Shown here in pieces: positions 54,198 through 63,870 of a stretch of 64,000 nt of DNA. Each line of letters starts with the position of its first letter. Position 1 is the stretch's first letter. Source of the stretch: Verrucomicrobiales bacterium (GTDB lineage Bacteria; Verrucomicrobiota; Verrucomicrobiia; Limisphaerales; UBA9464); the NCBI GenBank assembly GCA_005793375.1, contig SXSK01000192.1, forward strand, positions 2,039 to 66,038. Reading direction: 5' to 3'. Both the position numbers and the translations under genes were made by a program. Below the pieces are notes generated by a model that was not told the origin of the DNA, did no database searches, and worked only from the letters and a program-made list of their open reading frames with translations.

Positions 54198-57100
54198 ATG
54201 AATTTTTGCCGAAGGCTCCTAATTGCTCGAACCGGTTGTTTCGCTTTCACGGCGTGGTTGCTGTCCGTGTGGGTCACAAACACAGTGGCCCTGGGGGCAG
54301 CGCCGGGAACAACGGGCAAGATCGATTTCAATCGGGATATCCGACCCCTTTTTGCGGACAATTGCTACCAATGCCATGGTCCGGACGCGGCGAAGCGCAA
54401 GGCGGGTTTGCGCCTGGATCAACTGGCGGGAGCAACGGCGAAGCTGGAATCGGGTCATTCTGCGGTGGTACCTGGAAAACCGCAGGCCTCCCGGTTGCTG
54501 GAATTGATCGCGACGGCGGACGCGGAGGACCGGATGCCCCCGGCAAAGACGGGCAAGCGATTGACCTCCGAGCAGGTGGTTTTGCTGACTCGGTGGGTCC
54601 AGGAAGGGGCGGAATGGAAACCTCATTGGGCCTATATCACCCCAGAAAAACCCCAGGTGCCCGAAGTGCAGAACGTGTCATGGCCGCGAACCGAAATCGA
54701 TCGATTCCTGGTGGCGCGAATGGAAAAGGAAGGTCTGCAACCCTCAGCGCCAGCGGATTCGAGCACGTTGGTGCGGCGGGTGACCTTAGACCTGACGGGG
54801 CTGCCGCCGACGATTGATGAAGTGGATTCGTTTTTGGCGGATTCGAGTGATGCGGGTTACGAGCGTTTGGTGGATCGGCTATTGGCGTCGCAGGCGTATG
54901 GTGAGCGCATGGCGGTGCCTTGGTTGGATTTGGCGCGGTTTGCGGACAGCGATGGGTATCATGCGGACGCGCCCCGATCGATGTGGCAATACCGGGACTG
55001 GGTGATTGGTTCGTTCAATCGGAATCAGCGCTTCGACGAGTTCATTGTCGAGCAATTGGCAGGGGACCTTCTGCCGAACTCGAGTCTGGAGCAGCGGATC
55101 GCGACAGCCTTCAATCGCAATGGAATGTCCAGCACAGAAGGGGGTGCGGATCCGGACGAGTACATGAACAAGTATGTGACGGATCGGGTGAATACCTTTG
55201 GGACGGTCTTTTTGGGATCCTCGGTTCAATGTGCCGAATGCCATAGTCACAAGTACGATCCGTTCACGCAGCGCGAGTACTACCAGTTGTACGACTACTT
55301 CAATCGCATACCAGAGCGCGGACTCGACAGCGATCCGGCGCCGCCATTTGTGAAAGTGCCGACCGATGGGAAAGACGAGTTATTGTCCAATGCGCGATTG
55401 GAAGTACGCGTGTTGGCCAGTGTGCTCGACGAAAAATTCTCCGCGAAAAGCGAGGCTTGGGAGCGGGACCAGGCCTTGTGGGAAAAGGGTTTGGTTGAGG
55501 GGCTCGCCCGGACGGAAGGCTATCAGTTGGGTGAATGGCAGCGTGTTGGGCCATTTGTGGAGGCAGATGGCAAGACGGCTTATGCGAAGGAATACGGACC
55601 CGAAAAATCGGTGGACCTGGAGAAGAAATTTGCGGATGGCAAATTATCCTGGGTCAACCCTCCTGGATGGAAGGATGGTGTGATCCAATCCCTGAGTGGC
55701 GATGTGGGTGCCACCTATCTGTATCGGACGGTACAATCCGAATCTGCCAGGTCCATTACGCTTTACCTGGGGAGTGATGACGCCTTGCGCGTCTGGCTTA
55801 ATGGCAAGGAAGTGCATGCCAAAGACACCTCCCGCGGGGTCGCGCCGAATCAAGACGAAGTGAAAATCGATCTTGTTTCGGGGCTCAATCAGTTGGTTTT
55901 CAAAGTGGTGAACTACGGCGGAGCGGCGGGGTTCTATTTTTCCACGGACAAAGAAGCCGGCGATGAGAAGCGGCGCAAACTCCGGGACATTGCCCGATTG
56001 GCGCCGGCCGAACGGAAGCCCGAACAGGCGATGGAACTCAGGCGATTCTATCGAGAGACCTCAATCCCGGAAATACGCAAGTTGACGGCAGACTTGGCGG
56101 CGGCGCGAAAAACTGAAGGAGACATTGACCGAAGCATTCCGACGATTCGGGTCATGGAAGACATGGCGGAAGGTCGGCCCAGTCATATCCGTGTGCGAGG
56201 AGACTACCGCAGCAAAGGGGAGCGGGTCTCGGCGGACGTACCCAAGAGTTGTTTACCGCCGGCGCGCACGTCTGGAACGACCAATCGATTGGACCTGGCG
56301 CAGTGGTTGATCGACCCAGCGCATCCGCTGACGGCGCGTGTGGCGGTCAACCGGTTCTGGGGTCTTTTCTTTCCGCACCCGATCGTGAAGACGGCGAATG
56401 AATTTGGAACCAATGGCGAGTTGCCGTCGCATCCGGAACTCCTGGACTGGCTGGCGCGCGAATTTATCGACAACGGATGGAACACCAAAGCGTTGGTGAG
56501 GCAGATTGTTCTGAGTGCGGCATACCGCCAGACCTCGAAAGTGAGTGCAGAACATTACGGGCGGGATCCGCAGAATCGATTCTTAGCGCGTGGTCCGCGA
56601 TTCCGGATGTCGGCGGAAATGGTTCGCGACAATGCGTTGGCGATCAGCGGGCTGCTGGTCCGCAAGGTGGGTGGACCCAGCGTGCGCCCCTACCAACCTG
56701 CGGGGTTGTGGGAAGAAAAAATGTTCGCCGGCAACAAGTACGACGTGGGCAAGGGCGATGAGTTGTATCGGCGGAGCCTTTACACCCTTTGGAAGCGCAC
56801 AGTGCCGAATCCAACCTTGCAGACCTTTGACGCGCCGGACCGGGCGATTTGCACGGTGATGCGGCCAAATACCTGCACACCATTGCAGGCATTTGTGACA
56901 TTGAACGACGTGACCTATGTCGAGGCGGCCCGGGTACTCGCGCAACGGATTCTGAAGGAATCCCCTAAGCGGGACGTGGCATCGCGGATTGAGTTTGCGA
57001 TGCTGGCGGCGTTGGCAAGGCCCGCGACAACTCGGGAAATGAAAATCCTTTCCGACGTGTTGAGTGACGTCTTGTCGACCTATTCGGAAAACCCCAAAGC

Positions 57101-57227
57101 GGCGGACTCCTTGACCCGGTTGGGTGAGAGTCGCCGGACGTCGAGTTCGGATTTGGTGGAACTGGCTGCCTGGACCGGGGTGGCGAATTTGATTTTGAAT
57201 TTGGATGAAACGGTAACCCGCGAATGA
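54198..57227 (+). CDS. PSCyt1/PSCyt2/PSD1 (DUF1549/DUF1553) protein with a central lectin-like insert
   Basis: 'IRPLFADNCYQCHGPD' is PSCyt1. 'RFADSDGYHADAPR' is PSCyt2-like. 'QCAECHSHKYDP', a central 'LYLGSDDALRVWLNGKEV...FKVVNYGGAAGFYF' jelly-roll-like segment and a PSD1-like C-terminus follow. Confidence 0.85.
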   Translation: MNFCRRLLIARTGCFAFTAWLLSVWVTNTVALGAAPGTTGKIDFNRDIRPLFADNCYQCHGPDAAKRKAGLRLDQLAGATAKLESGHSAVVPGKPQASRLLELIATADAEDRMPPAKTGKRLTSEQVVLLTRWVQEGAEWKPHWAYITPEKPQVPEVQNVSWPRTEIDRFLVARMEKEGLQPSAPADSSTLVRRVTLDLTGLPPTIDEVDSFLADSSDAGYERLVDRLLASQAYGERMAVPWLDLARFADSDGYHADAPRSMWQYRDWVIGSFNRNQRFDEFIVEQLAGDLLPNSSLEQRIATAFNRNGMSSTEGGADPDEYMNKYVTDRVNTFGTVFLGSSVQCAECHSHKYDPFTQREYYQLYDYFNRIPERGLDSDPAPPFVKVPTDGKDELLSNARLEVRVLASVLDEKFSAKSEAWERDQALWEKGLVEGLARTEGYQLGEWQRVGPFVEADGKTAYAKEYGPEKSVDLEKKFADGKLSWVNPPGWKDGVIQSLSGDVGATYLYRTVQSESARSITLYLGSDDALRVWLNGKEVHAKDTSRGVAPNQDEVKIDLVSGLNQLVFKVVNYGGAAGFYFSTDKEAGDEKRRKLRDIARLAPAERKPEQAMELRRFYRETSIPEIRKLTADLAAARKTEGDIDRSIPTIRVMEDMAEGRPSHIRVRGDYRSKGERVSADVPKSCLPPARTSGTTNRLDLAQWLIDPAHPLTARVAVNRFWGLFFPHPIVKTANEFGTNGELPSHPELLDWLAREFIDNGWNTKALVRQIVLSAAYRQTSKVSAEHYGRDPQNRFLARGPRFRMSAEMVRDNALAISGLLVRKVGGPSVRPYQPAGLWEEKMFAGNKYDVGKGDELYRRSLYTLWKRTVPNPTLQTFDAPDRAICTVMRPNTCTPLQAFVTLNDVTYVEAARVLAQRILKESPKRDVASRIEFAMLAALARPATTREMKILSDVLSDVLSTYSENPKAADSLTRLGESRRTSSSDLVELAAWTGVANLILNLDETVTRE

Positions 57228-58690
57228 GCCCAGCCATGAACCTACAGGAACTCTCATTAAACGAAGCGCTGACACGACGTCACTTTTTTGGGCGGACAGC
57301 CCGTGGAATTGGCACGGCGGCGTTAGCTGCGATGCTGCGTCCCGGCGGGACGATGGCATCGACACCGCTGAATATTACAGCCACTGCCCAAGGGGTCCTA
57401 CACCCGTTGCATCGCGCTGCCAAAGCCAAGCGAGTCATCTATCTCTTCCAATCTGGGGCGCCCTCGCAACTGGATCTCTACGACCACAAACCGAAGTTGA
57501 TCGAGATGAACGGCAAACCGATGCCGGAAAGTCTCACGAAGGGGCAACGCATTGCCCAATTGATGGGACAACCGCTGAACTGTGTTGGGACCAAGTTCAA
57601 GTTCCACCGGCATGGACGCGGTGGTATTGAGATCTCCGAATTGCTTCCGAACATAGGATCCATTGCCGATGAGATTGCGGTCATACGATCGATGCACACC
57701 GAAGCGATCAACCATGATCCGGGGGTGACTTTGATGCAGACCGGCCATCAACAAGCCGGGCGCCCGGCGATGGGTTCGTGGATCTCGTATGGATTGGGGA
57801 GTGAGAACGATCAATTGCCGGCCTTTGTCGTGTTGGCATCCGGATTCGGCCAGGACCAACCGCTGCTCACACGCTACTGGGGCAGTGGGTTTTTGCCGTC
57901 GAGCCATCAGGGAGTTGAGTTTCGGTCCAGCGGCGAGCCGATCCTGTTCGTCAACAATCCGGAAGGTATCACGCCGCAGATTCGGCGGCGGTTGCTCGAC
58001 GGAATGAAAGACATCAATGGGCTGCGGCAGGAGGCGATCGGGGACCCGGAGATTGCGACGCGGATCGCATCGTATGAGATGGCCTACCGGATGCAAACCA
58101 GTGTGCCTGAGCTGATGGATATTTCGAGAGAATCCAAATCCACGTTGGAATCTTACGGCGCAGAGCCAGGCAAGTCCTCATATGCGAACAATTGCTTGTT
58201 AGCGCGCCGACTGGCGGAGCGCGGGGTTCGTTTCATCCAGCTCTATCATCGGGGATGGGATCACCACAACAACCTGCCTGCGGACATCGCGAAGACGTCG
58301 AAGGTGGTCGATCAGCCGACGGCGGCATTGATCCGGGACCTGAAGCAGCGCGGGTTGTTGGAGGATACACTGGTGATTTGGGGTGGGGAGTTTGGGCGGA
58401 CCCCGATGAACCAGGGGGATGCGTCCAACGGCAATTACGGGCGTGATCACCATATGAAGGCCTTTTCACTTTGGATGGCCGGAGGTGGGGTTCACGGCGG
58501 AGTGACGGTTGGATCGACAGATGAACTTGGGTATGACGTGGCGGAGGATGCGGTTCATGCGAACGACTTTCAGGCAACCATTCTGCACTTGCTTGGGATT
58601 GAGCACACCCAGTTTACCTACCGTTTCCAAGGGAGGGATTACCGGCTGACGGATATCGGCGGTGATCCGGTGAAAAAAATTCTGGCTTGA
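57224..58690 (+). CDS. DUF1501 (sulfatase-fold) protein with a Tat signal
   Basis: ATGA overlap with the upstream PSD1 gene, the 'LTRRHFFGRTARGIG' Tat motif, 'HDP', 'RDHH' and other typical DUF1501 blocks. Confidence 0.85.
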   Translation: MSPAMNLQELSLNEALTRRHFFGRTARGIGTAALAAMLRPGGTMASTPLNITATAQGVLHPLHRAAKAKRVIYLFQSGAPSQLDLYDHKPKLIEMNGKPMPESLTKGQRIAQLMGQPLNCVGTKFKFHRHGRGGIEISELLPNIGSIADEIAVIRSMHTEAINHDPGVTLMQTGHQQAGRPAMGSWISYGLGSENDQLPAFVVLASGFGQDQPLLTRYWGSGFLPSSHQGVEFRSSGEPILFVNNPEGITPQIRRRLLDGMKDINGLRQEAIGDPEIATRIASYEMAYRMQTSVPELMDISRESKSTLESYGAEPGKSSYANNCLLARRLAERGVRFIQLYHRGWDHHNNLPADIAKTSKVVDQPTAALIRDLKQRGLLEDTLVIWGGEFGRTPMNQGDASNGNYGRDHHMKAFSLWMAGGGVHGGVTVGSTDELGYDVAEDAVHANDFQATILHLLGIEHTQFTYRFQGRDYRLTDIGGDPVKKILA

Positions 58691-58740
58691 AACGACCCTG
58701 CTGACGGAAGCCTCGCTGAAATTCAAGACGATTTTTTCCG

Positions 58741-60066
58741 ATGTCGAAAACCCTAGTGATTGCGGTGTTGGTGACCTCGGTGTTTGGCGCACTGAGTGCG
58801 GAGGCGGCTGAATGGCCCGAGTGGCGTGGTCCGGGTGGACAAGGACATGCGAGTGCGCGGAATCTGCCCATTCAATGGAGTGACTCGGAGAATGTGTCTT
58901 GGAAGACGCCGCTGCCTGGCCGGGGATGGTCTTCGCCGGTGGTTGATGGGAATCAGATCTGGATGACGACGGCGTTGGAGACGAAAGCCAAGCCGGAAGA
59001 CGCGGCGCGTCGGCTGAAGGGCAACACCGGAGACCAGCCGCTGGTGTTGCTGGAGAAGGTGGATTTATTTGCCATCTGCCTCGATCGCCGGACGGGAAAA
59101 CAGCTTCATTACATTCCGTTACTTTCGGAAAAGGAGCCTCAATGGGCGCATGAACTGAACAGTTACGCGTCGCCAACGCCGGTCATTGAATCCGGGCGGC
59201 TGTATTGTCATTTCGGCGCCTTTGGGACGGCCTGTGTCAACACGAAGAACGGGGCGGTGCTTTGGACCAACTCGACGTTGCGAATCATGCATGAAAATGG
59301 CCCAGGCAGTTCGCCGATCCTTTGGCGCGACTTCCTGATTGTGCATCTGGACGGCAGCGACACTCAGTCAATTGTGGCGTTGGACAAGCGGACCGGGAAA
59401 GTGGCTTGGCAGACGCCGCGCTCGGGAACAATGCCGGAGAATCCGCAGCTTAGGAAATCCTATGCGACGCCGGCCATCGTCCTGGTAGACGGTAAGGAAC
59501 AAGTGTTTTCGCAAGGGTCGGATTGGTTGTATGGGTACGATCCGGCGGATGGTCGCGAGTTATGGAAATTAAAATACGGCAATTTGGGGTTCTCCCAATC
59601 GTCGCGGGCGGTGTTGGGTCACGGCATGATGTTCTTGAGCACTGGGTTTATGAAGCCTGAGATCCATGCCGTGCGTTATGGCGGCGGGAAAGCGCCGGAA
59701 CACGCCTGGAAATACGCCAAAGGGGCGCCCACCATGTCCTCGCCATTGTTGGTGGGCGAGGAGCTTTATTTCGTGTCGGATTCGGGCGGGATGTTGACCT
59801 GCTTGGATGCGTTGACAGGGCAGGAGCATTACCGGGAACGGTTGGGTGGCAACTACAGCTCCTCACCATTGCATGCCGATGGCCGTATCTATTTGTCGAA
59901 TCGCGAAGGGAAGACCATAGTGATTGATCCGGGGAAGCAATTCAAAGTGCTGGCTGAGAATCAACTTCCTGGAAAGATCATGGCCTCACCGGTGGCGTTG
60001 GATCGATCGCTTTTTCTGCGGACCGATACCGCGTTGTATCGGATTGAAACCGCAGCGAGGCGGTGA
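58741..60066 (+). CDS. PQQ-like beta-propeller repeat protein
   Basis: Signal peptide, 'AEWPEWRGPGGQG' and repeated 'G..lW' blades. It is on the same strand as DUF1501, 50 nt downstream. Confidence 0.8.
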   Translation: MSKTLVIAVLVTSVFGALSAEAAEWPEWRGPGGQGHASARNLPIQWSDSENVSWKTPLPGRGWSSPVVDGNQIWMTTALETKAKPEDAARRLKGNTGDQPLVLLEKVDLFAICLDRRTGKQLHYIPLLSEKEPQWAHELNSYASPTPVIESGRLYCHFGAFGTACVNTKNGAVLWTNSTLRIMHENGPGSSPILWRDFLIVHLDGSDTQSIVALDKRTGKVAWQTPRSGTMPENPQLRKSYATPAIVLVDGKEQVFSQGSDWLYGYDPADGRELWKLKYGNLGFSQSSRAVLGHGMMFLSTGFMKPEIHAVRYGGGKAPEHAWKYAKGAPTMSSPLLVGEELYFVSDSGGMLTCLDALTGQEHYRERLGGNYSSSPLHADGRIYLSNREGKTIVIDPGKQFKVLAENQLPGKIMASPVALDRSLFLRTDTALYRIETAARR

Positions 60067-60078
60067 GAGACCGGCTGG

Positions 60079-62037
60079 CTATTCCTTAATGGTCACCGCG
60101 CGATTGTCGCGAGTACTCAGCAGCCGCTGAAGTCGAGCCGTGTCGACCTTGCCCTGTGCATCCAAAAGCTTTTCGGAGCGCCGTTCGGCTTGGTTCGTGA
60201 CCCAGGACCATTGTGCGAGAGCCAACTCCACGCGATGACTCAACTCCGTGGTGGGCGCCAGGAAGCTGTATTGAAAATTTGTATATGCCGGGAGGGTTCG
60301 AAGGCTGCGCACGGCGACGTATCGGACCACGCCGTACGGATCGGCGAGCAATTGGGATTGGAACGGAGCGAGCCAATCGGCGCCTGAAGTCTTTTGAGCG
60401 GGTTCCCAGCCGACGTGCCAGGCGGCAATGACTCGTTGCGCGGCGTTGCCTTGGATCAACCACAAGAGAGCCGCCGAGGTGTCTTGCTGCTCGCGCGACA
60501 GAGTTACGGGACGATGACCATATCGGTTGACCAAATTATCCTGGGTCCAGGCGAGGGTGCGATCGAGGTGGCAGAGGTTGCAGGCATTGGGTGTGCCGAA
60601 ACGGGCGCTGGAGTCTGCATGAGGAGACTGAATCTGGTGCGAGCGTATGGCTGAGAAAAGGGCATACGTGGTGTGAGGCATGTGGCAGTTGAGGCAATTG
60701 CTGCCGGTGGATCCCGGTTCGTGGAACGTGTGGGTTGAAACTTGTGTGGTGTATTTGGGTTCTTGGTGACAAGTGATGCACGCTGCCGGCCCGTCCATGC
60801 CAGTGGCCAATTGATCATTGGGATCGCTCTGGTGCATGGAATGGCACGTCATACAGGACATTTTGCCTTTGGTGAAACAGGCGGAGTCCTTGAGGGCCGT
60901 ATACTCGCGGCCACCGGCCAGGATGGTGCCGTCATCCCACCAACGTTCGCGGAAAAAATCGGGATTACGCTTCTGATCTGCGAGACGCTCTGGTTTGGGA
61001 TCGCGTTGAGGATGTTGGATGTAGTAGCGGGTTCGGTGGATATCCTCGCCGGGATGATACATGGGTCCCTGGTTGGCGGAGGCCATGGCAAACTCATCGC
61101 GCATGACATACACGCCGTGACACTGGCCGCACACTTGGCTTCCGCGGTCGTGATCCAAGCGGGCCGGATTAACGATGGTCGGGTCTGGTTTGGCGCTGAA
61201 ATGTTGGAGGTAACGGCTGATCGGATTGCTGTGTTTGCGAACATGGGACTCACCCGGACCGTGGCAGGATTCACACGCGATTCCGAATTCACCCACGGTG
61301 GATTTCAACATGCCGGTTTTTGCGTCCAACCCTGGATTACCCTCGGTGCTATGGCAGCGGATGCAGTGATGATTCCATTGAGTGATGAATCGTTGCCCAT
61401 GGGAGGGTCCGTTCATAAAGGCTTCCTCTCTTGGAATCCATTGCGCTTCCTTGGGTAGGTAAACCAGCGGGAGCGTTTGCATCAGTCCTTCATAGCGGGG
61501 ACTTGTCACCCAGTACGTCTGGTAATGGTGCGAGCCGGTGGCCATGACGACCGGTCGTCGGACGCGTGGGATGTCCTTGTCAGCCAGTTTTTTTCCGCCC
61601 TGGACCACATACATCATGACGTCTGGATCAGGCATTTCGGCCATGAAATGGCCGTCCTCTTGGAACACGCGGTAGTTCAGGCCCTTCGAAGCGATGGTCG
61701 ATCCGTCGAACCTGCCCAAGACCGTCTCGGGCAGGGCCGCCTGGGTCATGGTCCGGTGATACGATCGATGCCAGCTGGCGTGTTCACCTGGATGGCAGGC
61801 GAGGCATTGCTGCGACGAGACGAACCCTCCGCTATTGGTGACTGCAGGGATGAGCTTACGGACTTGGGACTCGCGTGAGAGTCGGGATTCGGTGGTGCGC
61901 CAAGAAAACCGCCCGGCCAAGGCGAGTATAGCGGCTATGGCGGCCAACGACGCCACCGCAAGCAGTCGTCGAAACCAGATCAGAGACGGTGGAGCACCCA
62001 TATCCATCCGCGGATCACCCGCGGATGTGATGGTCAT
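60079..62037 (-). CDS. Membrane-anchored octahaem c-type cytochrome with a C-terminal HEAT-like region
   Basis: N-terminal TM helix. Eight CxxCH motifs are present (CLACH, CIRCH, CESCH, CGQCH, CMTCH, CITCH, CLNCH, CNLCH). The C-terminal ~150 aa are helical-repeat-like ('DPYGVVRYVAVRSL'). Confidence 0.8.
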   Translation of the reverse strand: MTITSAGDPRMDMGAPPSLIWFRRLLAVASLAAIAAILALAGRFSWRTTESRLSRESQVRKLIPAVTNSGGFVSSQQCLACHPGEHASWHRSYHRTMTQAALPETVLGRFDGSTIASKGLNYRVFQEDGHFMAEMPDPDVMMYVVQGGKKLADKDIPRVRRPVVMATGSHHYQTYWVTSPRYEGLMQTLPLVYLPKEAQWIPREEAFMNGPSHGQRFITQWNHHCIRCHSTEGNPGLDAKTGMLKSTVGEFGIACESCHGPGESHVRKHSNPISRYLQHFSAKPDPTIVNPARLDHDRGSQVCGQCHGVYVMRDEFAMASANQGPMYHPGEDIHRTRYYIQHPQRDPKPERLADQKRNPDFFRERWWDDGTILAGGREYTALKDSACFTKGKMSCMTCHSMHQSDPNDQLATGMDGPAACITCHQEPKYTTQVSTHTFHEPGSTGSNCLNCHMPHTTYALFSAIRSHQIQSPHADSSARFGTPNACNLCHLDRTLAWTQDNLVNRYGHRPVTLSREQQDTSAALLWLIQGNAAQRVIAAWHVGWEPAQKTSGADWLAPFQSQLLADPYGVVRYVAVRSLRTLPAYTNFQYSFLAPTTELSHRVELALAQWSWVTNQAERRSEKLLDAQGKVDTARLQRLLSTRDNRAVTIKE

Positions 62038-62109
62038 AGCGGGGGGCTTGGCGGAAAGCCAGCGGACAAGGTGACGGTTGCGTAAAGGTTCGCCAAGTGG
62101 CGTCGGTGT

Positions 62110-62919
62110 TCAGGTTGTCCGAAACTGGGTGAGAAAGTCGTCGAGAAAGCGTTGGGTGTCCGCGGTATGTTGCTCTTTATCGACCGATTTGGGTGTGAGT
62201 TCGCGTAGCAACGCACCGGGGATGGTGCGGGCGTGTTCCTCAGCGAATTCAAACGGATGGATGGCATCCAGCCGGTTGCCTAAGACCAAGGTTGGCATGC
62301 GAAGGTTGCGCCAACCTTCGCGCGGGTGGCTTGGATGGTGTTTGGGAATCCACTCCAATTTGGCGACGGTTTCTTCAGCGCGTGGATGCGCGAACTGGGC
62401 GAGCAGTGACAAGGCATTGTCTGGTGAGGCTGCGTTTATCGTCTGGAAGATTTCGGAGGCTTGGAAACGAATGGCTCCCTCCCAAGCCCCGTAGCGCCGG
62501 ATGAGTTGCGCGACGACTCCAAAGATCTCGAAACTAGAACCTCGCGGTTCATCCAACCATGCCGGTCGTGAGAGCACTAAGCCGAGAAAGCGCTCAGGCT
62601 GTGTGAGGGCGAGGTGCAAGCTGGCAGCCGCGCCCATGGATATCCCTCCTATAACCGCCCGCTCGAGTTTCAGGTGATCGAGTAACACGGCGATGTCGGC
62701 GGCGAATTGCGGAATGGTCAGTTTCTCCACCGGCCCGAGCGGTGTGGTGAGCCCGTGACCGCGGCAATCTAGAGTGATGAGACGAATGCCATTGGGTGGA
62801 CAATAAAGTGAGAAAGTCTGAGACGTGTCGGCACCCAAGCCGTGTTGGAAGAGGAATGGAACGCCGTCGCCGACATCGCGATAATGAAACGTGAGTCCGT
62901 CGTGGGTGAAGGTGGGCAT
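62110..62919 (-). CDS. Alpha/beta-fold hydrolase
   Basis: 'FLFQHGLG' oxyanion region and the nucleophile elbow 'GISMGAA' (GxSxG). Confidence 0.8.
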   Translation of the reverse strand: MPTFTHDGLTFHYRDVGDGVPFLFQHGLGADTSQTFSLYCPPNGIRLITLDCRGHGLTTPLGPVEKLTIPQFAADIAVLLDHLKLERAVIGGISMGAAASLHLALTQPERFLGLVLSRPAWLDEPRGSSFEIFGVVAQLIRRYGAWEGAIRFQASEIFQTINAASPDNALSLLAQFAHPRAEETVAKLEWIPKHHPSHPREGWRNLRMPTLVLGNRLDAIHPFEFAEEHARTIPGALLRELTPKSVDKEQHTADTQRFLDDFLTQFRTT

Positions 62920-62931
62920 GAGGGTTAGGAG

Positions 62932-63777
62932 TCAAGCGCCAGGCGTTGCAGATTGGAGTTTATTCAAGATGAATTGGACAGCGGATGGAACCACGCTTTC
63001 GGCCAGGCCATGGAGGACGACGGGGCCTTGGAACTGGATCCGATGCAAGCCAGCGAAGAAGGCGTCCCAACGGATGGCGCCGAAGCCGGGAGCGAGACCT
63101 GAAGGGTTGCCCTGCGCATCAAGTTCTTTGGCGTGAGCCATGCTCACGTCCGGACCCAGCAGATCGAAGGCTTCGGAGAAGATGTCGGGTTGCCGAGTGA
63201 GATCGTTCGCGTGAAGCAAATTCGCGCCATCCAGCACAACACGCAATCGAGGTGACTTCAATTCGTCGAGCAATTTTCGGCAGCTGCGTGCTGAGTCAAC
63301 GACGTTGGCAAGTTCGGGCTCGATGCCGAATTCGATGCCGGTGGTTTCCGTGAGCTGCAAGGCTAATTCGAGCGATTCACAGAGATCCAACCAAGCTTCG
63401 GGTGAGCTGTTTTCTCGATGCGCGCACCACATATCGTTGGGATCTCGGGTACCGGTGCAAAGTGTGAGCATGGGGGCGCCGAGGGCCTGAGCGGTTCGAG
63501 CAAGTTCCGGCAGGCGTTTCAGGCCGGCTTCTCGATGGGAGGGGTCTGGGTGGATCAGATTAAACGTGGCGGAGATGGCAGCGACGGCGAGTTGCCGATT
63601 CATCAGTTCGGCTTGGATCATGGCGAGGAGTTCCAGGGGGATCGTGTCGGGCAACGTGGGAAGTCCACAGCAAGCGAAATTAAATTGGACGCAATGAATC
63701 CCATGCGCGGCTACAGCGTCGAGGGTCGCGTCGAGGGTCGGACGCTGATAAGTTTTTGCGAAGATGCCGAGGGTCAT
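62932..63777 (-). CDS. Sugar phosphate isomerase/epimerase (xylose-isomerase-like TIM barrel)
   Basis: 281 aa with the family layout ('LCTGT', 'GIEFGIEPE', 'VVLDGANL', 'MAHAKE'). Confidence 0.75.
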   Translation of the reverse strand: MTLGIFAKTYQRPTLDATLDAVAAHGIHCVQFNFACCGLPTLPDTIPLELLAMIQAELMNRQLAVAAISATFNLIHPDPSHREAGLKRLPELARTAQALGAPMLTLCTGTRDPNDMWCAHRENSSPEAWLDLCESLELALQLTETTGIEFGIEPELANVVDSARSCRKLLDELKSPRLRVVLDGANLLHANDLTRQPDIFSEAFDLLGPDVSMAHAKELDAQGNPSGLAPGFGAIRWDAFFAGLHRIQFQGPVVLHGLAESVVPSAVQFILNKLQSATPGA

Positions 63778-63870
63778 GACGGGAGCGTGATTTCGATTGT
63801 CGTGTGGTGAGACTGATAATGAAACTCGATGGCGCTCTCAGTAAATGAGCGGGGACAAAATCGGAGGGGA

